Shown: positions 1 to 12,902, counted from the stretch's first letter. The stretch: 64,000 nt of DNA from Eledone cirrhosa (GCA_964016885.1 OZ024740.1:418624001-418688000); one strand, 5' to 3'. Made by a program: numbers and translations. The notes: a model not told the origin generated them from the sequence alone.

Positions 1-3000
1 ATACAGGTATTACTGTATATATATATATACAGGTATTACTGTATATATATATACAGTAATACCTGTACATATATATATACAGTAATTCCTGTATATATAT
101 ACAAGTATTACTGTATATATATATACAGGAATTACTGTATATATATGTACAGTAATACCTGTATATATATATACAGTAATACCTGTATATATATATACAG
201 TAATACCTGCATATATATATACAGTAATACCTGCATATATATACAGGTATTACTGTATGTATATACAGGAATTACTGTATATATATATATACAGGCATTA
301 CTGTATCTGTACAGGTATTACTGTATATATATATATACAGGAATTACTGTATATATGTACAGGTATTACTGTATATATATACCGGTATTACTGTATATAT
401 ATATACAGGTATTACTGTATATATATGTACAGGTATTACTGTATATATATACAGGTATTACTGTATATATATATACAAATATTACTGTATATATATACAG
501 GTATTACTGTATATATATACAGTAATACCTGTATATATATATACAGTAATACCTGTACATATATATATACAGTAATACCTGTATATATATATACAGTAAT
601 ACCTGTACATATATATACAGTAATACCTGTACATATATATACAGTAATACCTGTATATATATAGAGGTATTACTGTATATATATATACAGGTATTACTGT
701 ATATATATATATATACAGGTATTACTGTATATATATATACATACAGGTATTATTGTATGTATATACAGGTATTACTGTATATATATATACAGGTATTACT
801 GTATATATATACAGGTATTACTGTATATATGTACAGGTATTACTGTATATATGTACAGGTATTACTGTATATATGTACAGGTATTACTGTATATATATGT
901 ACAGGTTTTACTGTATATATATATACAGGTATTACTGTATATATATACAGGTATTACTGTATATATATATACAGGTATTACTGTATATATATATACAGAT
1001 ATTACTGTATATATATACAGGTATTACTGTATATATATACAGGTATTACTGTATGTATATACAGGTATTACTGTATGTATGTACAGGTATTACTGTATAT
1101 ATGTACAGGAATTACTGTATATATATACAGGTATTACTGTATATATATATACAGGTATTACTGTATGTATATACAGGTATTACTGTATATATATATACAG
1201 GTATTACTGTACATATATATACAGGTATTACTGTATATATATACAGGTATTACTGTATATATTTATATACAGGTATTATTGTATATATGTACAGGAATTA
1301 CTGTATATATATACAGGTATTACTGTATATATATACAGGTATTACTGTATGTATATACAGGTATTACTGTATATATATACAGGTATTACTGTATGTATAT
1401 ACAGGTATTACTGTATGTATATACAGGTATTACTGTATGTATATATACAGGTATTACTGTATATATATACAGGTATTACTGTATATATATGTACAGGTAT
1501 TACTGTATATATATACAGGTATTACTGTATATATATACAGGTATTACTGTATGTATATATAGGTATTACTGTATATATATATACAGGTATTACTGTATAT
1601 CTATATACAGGTATTACTGTATATATATACAGGTATTACTGTATATATATACAGGTATTACTGTATATATATATATATATATACAGGTATTACTGTATGT
1701 ATATACAGGTATTACTGTATATATATATATATACAGGTATTACTGTATATATATATATACAGGTATAACTGTATATATATATACAGGTATTACTGTATGT
1801 ATATACAGGTATTACTGTATATATATATATACAGGTATTACTGTATATATATACAGGTATTACTGTATATATATATACAGGTATTACTGTATATATATAT
1901 ACAGGTATTACTGTATATATATATATATACAGGTATAACTGTATATATATATACAGGTATTACTGTATATATATACAGGTATTACTGTATGTATATACAG
2001 GTATTACTGTATATATATATATACAGGTATTACTGTATATATATATACAGGTATTACTGTATGTATATACAGGTATTACTGTATATATATATACAGGTAT
2101 TACTGTATATATATATACAGGTATAACTGTATATATATATACAGGTATTACTGTATATATATACAGGTATTACTGTATATATATATACAGGTATTACTGT
2201 ATATATATATACAGGTATTACTGTATATATATATATATACAGGTATAACTGTATATATATATACAGGTATTACTGTATATATATACAGGTATTACTGTAT
2301 GTATATACAGGTATTACTGTATATATATATATACAGGTATTACTGTATATATATGTACAGGTATTACTGTATATATGTACAGGTATTACTGTATATATGT
2401 ACAGGTATTACTGTATATATATGTACAGGTTTTACTGTATATATATATACAGGTATTACTGTATATATATACAGGTATTACTGTATATATATATACAGGT
2501 ATTACTGTATATATATATACAGATATTACTGTATATATATACAGGTATTACTGTATATATATACAGGTATTACTGTATGTATATACAGGTATTACTGTAT
2601 GTATGTACAGGTATTACTGTATATATGTACAGGAATTACTGTATATATATACAGGTATTACTGTATATATATATACAGGTATTACTGTATGTATATACAG
2701 GTATTACTGTATATATATATACAGGTATTACTGTACATATATATACAGGTATTACTGTATATATATACAGGTATTACTGTATATATTTATATACAGGTAT
2801 TATTGTATATATGTACAGGAATTACTGTATATATATACAGGTATTACTGTATATATATACAGGTATTACTGTATGTATATACAGGTATTACTGTATATAT
2901 ATACAGGTATTACTGTATGTATATACAGGTATTACTGTATGTATATACAGGTATTACTGTATGTATATATACAGGTATTACTGTATATATATACAGGTAT

Positions 3001-3748
3001 TACTGTATATATATGTACAGGTATTACTGTATATATATACAGGTATTACTGTATATATATACAGGTATTACTGTATGTATATATAGGTATTACTGTATAT
3101 ATATATACAGGTATTACTGTATATCTATATACAGGTATTACTGTATATATATACAGGTATTACTGTATATATATACAGGTATTACTGTATATATATATAT
3201 ATATACAGGTATTACTGTATGTATATACAGGTATTACTGTATATATATATATATACAGGTATTACTGTATATATATATATACAGGTATAACTGTATATAT
3301 ATATACAGGTATTACTGTATGTATATACAGGTATTACTGTATATATATATATACAGGTATTACTGTATATATATACAGGTATTACTGTATATATATATAC
3401 AGGTATTACTGTATATATATATACAGGTATTACTGTATATATATATATATACAGGTATAACTGTATATATATATACAGGTATTACTGTATATATATACAG
3501 GTATTACTGTATGTATATACAGGTATTACTGTATATATATATATACAGGTATTACTGTATATATATATACAGGTATTACTGTATGTATATACAGGTATTA
3601 CTGTATATATATATACAGGTATTACTGTATATATATATACAGGTATAACTGTATATATATATACAGGTATTACTGTATATATATACAGGTATTACTGTAT
3701 ATATATACAGGTATTACTGTATATATATATACAGGTATTACTGTATAT
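1..3748. repeat. Minisatellite/satellite, unit (TA)n-CAGGTATTACTG, about 20-32 bp, quasi-palindromic
   Basis: Continuous tandem units with variable TA spacers. Some blocks are inverted (CAGTAATACCTG). It runs off the left edge, and the long Y/I/T-rich ORFs here are artefacts. Confidence 0.98.
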
Positions 3749-4955
3749 CATCATCATCATCGTTTAACGTCCATCTTCCACGCTTGCATGGGTTTGGACG
3801 GGAGTTTTCCCACTTGAGGCAAGAGTGGTTGTCTTGCTCGCATAGGACTGTCTGGCGGGTTTTCTACAGCTGGATACCCTTCCTAACACCGACCACGTTT
3901 ACAGTGTGGGACTGGGAGGTTTTTACCGTGTTACCTACACGGCCACATTACAGCATGAACTGTGTGTTTTTTTGTCGTGACACCTACACGACCTCATTTG
4001 TTTCGGGCTGGATGTTGTGGTACCAACATAACTTTACATTGAAAGGGGTGGTGTGGATGGGGTGGGGGTGGTGGGACGGGGGTGTATTTTGTTAGAGGAG
4101 CCTACTGACTGTAGTAGGTTTCACTTTGCATTTAGGTAAGGCGGGTCTTCTCTATTACTGTGTAGCGCCAAAGATCTCGGTCCAGTGACATTATCTTGGA
4201 GAGGTGTAAGTGTGTGAGATCGGAATTTATCAAGTCGTCCCAGGTTTTTCTGGGTCTGCCTACTCCATGGCTACCGTCTATTTTTATACAGCTGTCGCCT
4301 TTCATGCGCATCACGTGACCATACCAATGTAGTCTTCTCTCGAGTAAACAACATCTGATCCCTCTTATTCCTAATTTCTCCCTTAGTTCGTTTATGCTTT
4401 GCCGTTCACGTATATTACTATTACACATCCAGCGGAGCATGCAAGCTTCGTTTCTCTCCAGTCTGCGTATATCCTCTGTACACAATGCCCAGCTCTCACT
4501 GCCATGTAACATTGCTGTTCGTATGCAGGCATCATACAGCCTGCCTTTCATTTTTAGAGAGAACCCTTTAGCAGCCAATAGTGGTATAAGCTCTCTGAAC
4601 TTTTTCCATCCCGTTCTGACTCTAGCTACTGTACTTTCAGAGCACCCTCCCCCACTGCTGATTTTGTCACCCAGGTAATGGAAGCAGTCCACTATTTCTC
4701 TAGAACCATCTGTGCAATGGAATGAGTTAGTATTCTGTGGGCACTTGCTGCTACTTATTGCACCAGAGCACCGGCCACATATAAAATCTATATTCTTAGT
4801 TAGCTTACCTGTGATCCCACTACATCTTTTATGTACCCATACTTTGCATTTGGGACATAAAATGGAGTTTCTACCTACTCCTTTCCTACACACTGAGCAT
4901 GGCCATTTCCAAGATGGGACTGGTGCCTTATTTTCCTTCCTACAAACTAGAACTT
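3748..4955 (-). mobile_element. RTE-clade LINE 3' fragment (RT C-terminus, 3' UTR, (GAT)n tail)
   Basis: ORF 4132-4893 (LHWYGHVMR, GRPRKTW) is closely similar to the C-terminal part of ORF 16528-17493. The (ATC)n tail is at 3748-3761. It is truncated at the Penelope junction near 4955. Confidence 0.9.
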
Positions 4956-5284
4956 ATTTTGTCTTCTTTGCGCATGCGTTACCGTGTGTGTATAGTGTTT
5001 TGTTTGCTGTGTGATGGGTGACTAGTGTGTGTTTATGTGCTTGTTGTTATTGTGCTTGTGTATGTATTTATTTATTTATAAATAAATACATACAGAAGCA
5101 CAATAACAACAAGCACATAAACACACACTAGTCACCCATCACACAGCAAACAAAACACTATACACACACGCAAACGCATGCGCAAAGAAGACAAAATAAA
5201 ATAAACAAACAAGCAAATAAATAAATAAATATATAGACAGACTGAATAAAAATGGCGTAGACATACAATACAACAGGAGGAAAA

Positions 5285-5340
5285 TATAGCACCACTGACG
5301 ATGTTGCAGATGTGCAACGAAAGATTTATGATAAACTATA
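5285..5340 (+). ncRNA. Type I hammerhead ribozyme motif in 5' pLTR
   Basis: CTGACGA (5295-5301), then T, stem II GTTGCA/GATG/TGCAAC, GAAA (5319-5322). Self-complementary AGATTT helix III, cleavage triplet TTA. Helix I is TATAG/CTATA plus ACCA/TGAT. Confidence 0.75.
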
Positions 5341-5598
5341 TATATGTGTTTGAGTCTATATTGTATCTGTATTATTTTTGACCGCCGGTCAGTCAATGGC
5401 AACATTGAGGACCGAGTATATTAGATTACCGATATAAAAGACACAGAAGCGAGAAGCGAAAACCAACCAAACAGTGAGTGTGTTCTGTTATTAATTCTGG
5501 CAATATTACACAAATATGACCCTCCCCAAGTATAACAATATTTGTTTCGACACACGATTTCATATAAAAAAACCTCGCAAAACTAATTCATCGCCGCT

Positions 5599-8500
5599 AT
5601 GGCATTAGCTTGTGCCAAGCTGAAAGGTTATTGAAAGACACTGTTTTCTGTTATATAAAAACTGCAATAACAACAGAACAAATCCGCTTCTTAAAACACT
5701 GTCTTTCCTCCAAAACATACACAACAAACATATCAAAACAAGTAAATAATATATTATTGAACAAAACACAAGCTGAACGACTAAAACACACAATAACAGT
5801 TAATATGAAAAGAACAACATACACAAAAGTCAACGAACTTTACAGACAGAAACGCATTAACGGTAAGGATGTCCGAAATCTCACCACAGCAAACGAGAGG
5901 GATAACTTCATGAGCGTCATCCGACGTGAAACGAAATACGCCCGAAACGAATGCAATAGGCATTTCAATAAGAAATTAGAATGGATGAATAAGAAAAAAC
6001 TACAAGAAAGGAAAATAGAATATTCTCAAAAATACCCAGATAACATCGAAAATATCCGTATGACTGATGTAAAACTACCGGAAGAATTTACCAATGACCA
6101 CACAGTAAATATTTATGGGAACACTTTAATCAGTGAACAAGAACAACAAATCCTGCGGCTACCATCAAAATTTGCCATCTACAAAAAGATTAACCCTATG
6201 GAGTGCAAAACGGAGCTGGAAAAGTGTTTCACAAAAATACGTTGGAATGCAAAGGTAAACAACAACAACAATAATAACGGTAGTAGTAATATAAACAATA
6301 ACTCTGAGTATAGAAATAACAGCCATAACCATAACAATGGCAGGAGAGTGAGAAATAGTGATAATGGTAATAATACTAACGATAGGCAGAACAACAACAA
6401 CAACCACAATAATAATAATAATAATAGAAACATTAACCACAGACACAGCAGCAGCGACCACAGTAGTAATAACGGTAACAATACGAACAACAATAACCAC
6501 AGTGGTAATAATGGAAATAGTACATGTAGCAACATCAATGATAGACACAACAAAAACAAGAAACATAATAAAAGTAACAACCACAATGGTAGAAATAACA
6601 GTAACAACAACAATAACGGTGAAGTAAACAACAATACATCTAGCAATCATAACAATAATAATAATGCTAATGATAGAAACAACAACAACCACCATGATAA
6701 CAATAATAGCAACACACAATTATGACGATAGATATAATGACAACCCCTTAGAGAAACTATTTTTCAACCCAGCTGACAAAACATATAAGATGGGTAATAT
6801 CTATCCTATGAGGTTACCCTTTAATAAAAGAGTTTGCATACCACAACAAATAGATGACGAGACAGAGGCACAGTTCACCATAGCTAGAAATAAGATTAGA
6901 CAAATAGTAGACAGGTATACTAAGAGACAGAGCAGACCAGAGGCCCAACAACTTGGGAGGAAACCTGTAGAAGGCTTGGTTAGCCTCAAGCAGCGCACAA
7001 GGGATGGTGAGGTAGTATGTCTACCCACAGATAAGTCTGGTAGGATGTCAATAGATAGCATGCCGAACTACATCAAGGCTATGCAACCCCACATCACCAA
7101 CACGAGCGAAATTGCACAACAAACACACGATGGGAGAGTGAAAATCCTCAACGCTCACATGATGATGTGGACTGACATCCTAAAGCCAAGCAGATGCACT
7201 GCCAACAACTTCCAGGCGTCTAACAATGGCATACCACCCTTGTATGGGCTCCGCAAAGACCACAAGACAGTCGACGACCCGACAACAGGACCACCAACAA
7301 GACCCGTATGCGGAGCTAATATAGCTAGCAACTACAGGATCTCCTACTTCCTCTCAATGGTTATACGCCCCATAATCAAGATGTCCCCAGATGTATGTGA
7401 CAGTACAGAGGACCTCCTCAGCAGAATCAGTGAGTGCAACAAAAACAGGAACCTATCCAACTGCATAATAGGCAGCATGGATGTGGTGTCACTGTACCCA
7501 TCCATTAACATTGATTTTGCTGTGAAAAGATGAGTGGAGATGACCATTGAGAGTGAGGTGGAGTTCTGCGACGTCGACACAGACGAACTGGGCCTCCTAC
7601 TTAGACTTACCTAAGACACTGACTACCTAGACAGCCATGACCTTAGACGTTTCTGCCCTAGTAGACCTATAAGAGGTAGACCCCCCACCATAACCTCAAT
7701 GGCAAAAAAGACTCCCATGGGAAGGTGGATTGGGTGGACCAAAGCTATACGGACCCCCCAAAACAATGAGCAGGTAAGAAAAATGGTCGCACATGCAATA
7801 GGGGCTAGTATCAAAACTACCCTAAAGGGCCACATATTTAAGTTCAACGAGAAGATCTACACCCAAAATGAGGGAGCAGCCATCGGCGTCAACATAGCTG
7901 GTGATGTTGCCAACCTTTTCATGGTATGGTGGGAAAGGAGACTTAAAGATCTCCTTAATGAGAGCTCCATAGACCTCATCATGTACTCTCGTTATGTAGA
8001 CGATATCAATATAGTTATAAGAACACCCCCACTAGAGAGCACTAACAAGTTTGATTTAGAACGTAGCACAATGGAAAGCATCCAGCAGATAGTTAATTCC
8101 ATACACCAGAGTATAACTGTAACTATCGACTTCCCTTCCAAACACCCTAACAATAGACTACCTGTATTAGACACAGAACTCTGGATTAACACTATAGACG
8201 AGAGAGCCCAAATTCTCCACTCACACTATGCTAAACCTATGGCCTCCAAATACCTGATACTCAAAAACTCAGCAATGTCCAGTAGTGCTAAGTTTAATAT
8301 TCTGATCGCAGATTTGGTACGAGTGATGAAGAATGTGTCCCGCATGTGCGACCCAACAGAAATGGAAAGACACATCCAACACTTCATCAACCGCATGAAG
8401 TTCTCTGGTTACAACCAAAGAGACAGAATCAGAGTATACGAAGGAGCCATGGAGAAGTATAAGACCCTCATAGAACTGGACATGAAAGGAATTTGCCCAT

Positions 8501-9150
8501 TATACAGGAGCAAATCATGGAATAGCTTAGATAGGGCTAGACATAAGATAGGGAAAGCCACCTCATGGTACGACAACCAGAGATACCAGAGTGTCATGTT
8601 TGTGGACGCTACCCCTGGAGGGAAATTAGCTAACCAGTGTAGAAAGGCCCTGAGAAAGACCCACTTAAAAATAAAGGTGGTAGAAAAGCCAGGAACCACC
8701 ATAAAATCCCTGATCAGCAAAACCTACCCTTTTAAGAAAACCCACTGTACCAATAGGAAATGTATCATATGTAAGGTGAACCCCCGGATAAACTGTAAAA
8801 CTAGAAACGTAGTCTATAGCATAAGATGTACAGAGGGTACTTGCAGAAACATGACAACAACATACATAGGTGAGACAGCTCGTAGCATAGGTGAAAGGAT
8901 AGACCAACACTGGGGGGAACTAAAAGGACGAAAAGACGGGTCAGTACTATACGAACATGCTAGACAACAACATGACGGTAACATAGACAACATAGAAATT
9001 AGAATAATATCTAAACATAGAAATGACCCAGCAGATAGGCAAATCAGAGAGGCCAGTGAAATAGAAATTAGAAGACCAAGGCTAAACAGAAAGAATGAAT
9101 GGAATAACAACAACACCCAAACAAACAACACTGACCTAAGAGAAGTATAA
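5599..9150 (+). pseudogene. Disrupted Penelope ORF (N-terminal domain, Asn-rich insert, RT, GIY-YIG endonuclease)
   Basis: Pieces 5610-6725, 6664-7533 and 7699-9150. Frameshift near 6720, in-frame stops at 7531 and 7612, and the ATG at 5599 is out of frame with 5610. Confidence 0.88.
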
Positions 9151-9361
9151 ATAAGTAAATAAAATAAAATAAATAAATAAATACATACACAAGCACAATA
9201 ACAACAAGCACATAAACACACACTAGTCACCCATCACACAGCAAACAAAACACTATACACAAAGAAGACAAAATAAAATAAACAAACAAGCAAATAAATA
9301 AATAAATATATAGACAGACTGAATAAAAATGGCGTAGACATACAATACAACAGGAGGAAAA

Positions 9362-9417
9362 TATAGCACCACTGACGATGTTGCAGATGTGCAACGAAAG
9401 ATTTATGATAAACTATA
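9362..9417 (+). ncRNA. Type I hammerhead ribozyme motif in 3' pLTR
   Basis: Identical copy of 5285-5340, with CTGACGA at 9372-9378 and GAAA at 9396-9399. Confidence 0.75.
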
Positions 9418-10059
9418 TATATGTGTTTGTGTCTATATTGTATCTGTATTATTTTTGACCGCCGGTCAGTCAATGGCAACATTGAGGACCGAGTATATTA
9501 GATTACCGATATAAAAGACACAGAAGCGAGAAGCGAAAACCAACCAAACAGTGAGTGTGTTCTGTTATTAATTCTGGCAATATTACACAAATATGACCCT
9601 CCCCAAGTATAACAATATATATATATATATATAGCAAAGTTGCATATATATATATCAAAAGTTGCATATATATATATATATAAAATAACAAAACAAAGAG
9701 GATGAACAAATAAAACTATCAACATTTTTTGTCAGCCACCTCCTGGGTAATGTAATTTCATGCCTAAGGGTGATTGCATGGTTTTGGGACCAGGTTATCA
9801 TCATTTAACGTCCATCTTCCACACTTGCATGGGTTTGGACGAGTTTTATATATATATATATATATTCATTTAGGTTTGTTGGTTCACCACTGGATAGAAC
9901 TGGTCATTCCATATAGTCAACCTTGATGTAATATTATGGAGAGCACTTGACGTAATGTAACTCACCCGTCTTCGTTTGTGTTCTTGGTGGTGCGAGTACG
10001 GAGTTAATTATTATAAAATAACAGGAGGCTGAACTGGTGTAATTCCTTAAAGGTTTATT

Positions 10060-10120
10060 ATACTATGAATATTTCAATGAGCGGGTTTAGTATAAATCCG
10101 CTGACATCATCAGATATTCC
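10060..10120 (-). ncRNA. Degenerate hammerhead-like motif in a (TA)n/(GA)n-flanked repeat
   Basis: Minus strand: CTGATGA (10113-10107), hairpin GCGGATTTA/TAAACCCGC, GAAA (10075-10072), then TATTC. Helix I is only about 3 bp. Confidence 0.45.
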
Positions 10121-10243
10121 GAAATTTAACAAAGGAATATAATAGACACAATCCAAGGGGCTGAAAAGCAGAGAGATGCCCAAGACGAGAAGGCAGCCAC
10201 TCAGACAGGCAACTTATTTTTTGGCCGCCTGTTATTTTATAAT

Positions 10244-10251
<8 letters not shown>

Positions 10252-10342
<91 letters not shown>

Positions 10343-10397
10343 TGTGTGTAAGAGAGAGAGAGAGAGAGTATGTGTGTGTAAGAGAGAGAGAGAGAGA
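10252..10397. repeat. (GA)n/(GT)n microsatellite
   Basis: Read directly from the sequence. Confidence 0.97.
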
Positions 10398-10636
10398 TTA
10401 AAACAAATAGAACAATTTAGAAGAAAATTAACCTTTTCAACTAATATAACTTTAGCTAAATGGAAATATAACATCTAATTCACTAATTAATTTGTTGTAT
10501 TAATTAAAAATATAAAGGAAAAAAAATTAAAGCCTGAGAAGTTGATGGAATTTACAAAAGAAGAGATTTACAAATTACTTTTTTCAAATCTGACAAAAAT
10601 TAACAAAAATTCTCAGAAAGTATGAGATTTTATATC

Positions 10637-10719
10637 TTACTTTTCTTCATTTTTCCTAGGAGCTGCTCTTCTCTTAAGGCGGTGCTGTGGAAAAGATGGC
10701 ATCATGCCTGGATCACAAG
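10637..10719 (-). CDS. CDK10: CDK10 coding exon 14 (apparent last exon; the stop overlaps a possible donor)
   Basis: AG acceptor; encodes (P)CDPGMMPSFPQHRLKRRAAPRKNEEK*; phase matches the previous exon. Confidence 0.85.
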
Positions 10720-11819
10720 CTAGAAATATAATCAAATTGATCAGCAATTAATGAGGAATTGAAAAATTTAGTTTTTAAAATTTACAAATATAAATCAAAA
10801 TAGTTTCAACACAAATGTGTATTTTATTTTATTTTTAAAACAGAAACAAAATTATTTTATAAGAAACAGATCTTGCTATTTCACTTTAAATAGTTTCAGC
10901 AATGAAAAGATGTAAACACCAATGGAAACATTGTTTCTTTGGTCCGATTTGAGGAGTTCCACCCCAATCGGTAAGTGAATGAGGTCTAGGATCTTGTCAG
11001 TCAATTCCCTGTACCTCCTATTTCACTTTAAATTACTAATATACTCTCTTACTAATATACTGCGGCCATGCTGGAGCATCGCCTTAAAGGGATTTACTTG
11101 ATTATATCAACCCTAGTACTTATCTTTCAAGCCTTATACTTATTTTATTGGTCTCTTTTTTTGTCAAACTGCTATGTTACAGGGCATAAACACAGACTGA
11201 CCCACATATATACCACATTTCATTCACAAGGTATTGGTCAACATAAAGCTATAGTAGTGAACCCGAAACCATGTGGCTACAAATCAAACTCCTTAACCAC
11301 ATACAGGACCGAATTTAGGGGGGGGGGGGCTTCGAATACCTGGGGCACCCTGCATCAAATAGAGCCCCTTCTCCCTCTGAACAGGCTCCCTTCTCTCTCT
11401 CTCTCTCTCTATTTCATCATCATCATCATTTTTACGTCGGTTTTTCCACGCTTGCATAGATAGGATAGGTCGTTCTCAGCACGGCAACTCTCCACTTGCC
11501 ATGTTCCTGTGGTCTGAGTTAAAAGATCACCAGGGTCAATTTGGCCTTTTTGTCCTTCTAGGGCTGACTGCACCCTACACATTTTAGTCCTGTACCAATG
11601 TGAGAAATCAGTGATTGGCAGAATCATTAAAGTGGTGAACAAAATATTTAGTGGTATTTATCTTGGTACTTTACATACTGAGTTCAAATCCCACCACAAT
11701 TAACTTTGCCTTTCATCCTTCCAGACTTAATATTCCAATGTCACAAAAGAGTTGATGGAGAAAAATAGGAACATTTAATTAATGATTATCTGATATTTTA
11801 AACTAATTATGATACATAC

Positions 11820-11872
11820 GGTATGGTTGTTCTTTGAAGTAAGAACTCTCAAGGCAGTCTTCAGCAGTTGCT
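11820..11872 (-). CDS. CDK10: CDK10 coding exon 13
   Basis: AG/GT flanked, 53 bp, (R)ATAEDCLESSYFKEQPY. Confidence 0.93.
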
Positions 11873-12556
11873 CTGGAAAACAATAGAAATTGAGGTTGAG
11901 ATAAATAACAATTATCATTCCAGTGAAAATAATTGTTAATGATTTTTATACAAAAAATAACATAAAACACAAATATATATTTGGATGTGTGAGACTAATG
12001 TACACACATATATATATATTGCTATGGTTATAAATTGAACATATATTTTGTGGTACTAGTTCAAAGATACCTCCTACTGAAGAGAATTTGGGTCTTCAAA
12101 TCCATTAATTCTCCAGTGTTTATTTTAACCATGGTAATTCGTGGATTTTTCTGGAGATTTGAAACTGTTGTATAGGTTTAGTTTAGGTATAATAAGTAAT
12201 GTAAGTAATATTTTTATATTCTGATTGCTTAGTTTGATTGTGTTAAGAAACTAAACAACAGTTCAATAAGCAGTCTTAATAAGTATTTATTCAATAATGT
12301 TAAGGAAGATTCTATCAAAGATGGTGAATTGATTTAGTAAAAAAGAAAAAAACAATGTGTTTAATGTGTGTTTAAGAAGTTCACTTCACGTCAATCAAGA
12401 GGTTCTAAATTAGATGTAACTGTACAACACCATGGGTAGGTGACTTCTACTGTTGCATCAAGTTGATCAATGTCTTATCAGTGGAATCTGGTAGATGGAA
12501 ACAGTGCAGAAGCCCATCAAATGTGTGTGTAAAGACCTGTAACCTAGTGGTTAGGG

Positions 12557-12743
12557 CAGCCTTTCTCAACCTAGTGGAACCCTTGAAATAGCTTTTGTGT
12601 CTCAGGGAACCTCTAAATAAAATTTATTATGTCCCATTATTACTTGAAAATACATTAGCTTATATATCAGTATTTCTTGCAGAACCCTGAGTGACTTCTT
12701 GCAGAACTGTAGGGTTCCGGGGAACAGTGGTTGAGAAATGCTG
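12557..12743. mobile_element. hAT (Charlie-like) MITE inserted in a SINE tRNA head
   Basis: TIRs CAGCCTTTCTCAACC / GGTTGAGAAATGCTG with a perfect 8-bp TSD GGTTAGGG (12549-12556 and 12744-12751). Confidence 0.85.
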
Positions 12744-12902
12744 GGTTAGGGTATTGGACTCACGATTATAAGGTTGTGAGTTCAATTACCAGACCATGTG
12801 GCACATTGAGTTCTTGTGCGAGATGCTTCATTTCACATTGTTTTTCATGATACAACTATACTCCATATCATTAAGGCACTCAAAAAACTTCCTAAATATA
12901 TG

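Larger units (their letters stand above)
4954..9617 (+). mobile_element. Penelope-like retroelement (RT then GIY-YIG, Neptune-like) with direct pLTRs and a 5' inverted partial pLTR
   Basis: Direct repeats at 5079-5541 and about 9174-9617, plus an inverted partial copy at 4954-5078. RT motifs PTDKSG, LYGLRKDHK, MDVVSLYPSI and RYVDD. Cys-rich linker CTNRKCIIC. GIY-YIG motifs VVY...YIGET...H...H...LNRKNEW. Confidence 0.93.

Noticed and set aside
145-3648. Long Y/I/T/C-rich ORFs of up to 449 aa
   Set aside because: Translations of a satellite that happens to lack stops in several frames.
1-3748. CRISPR-like look (palindromic repeat with variable spacers)
   Set aside because: The spacers are only (TA)n length variants, there are no cas genes, and the context is eukaryotic.
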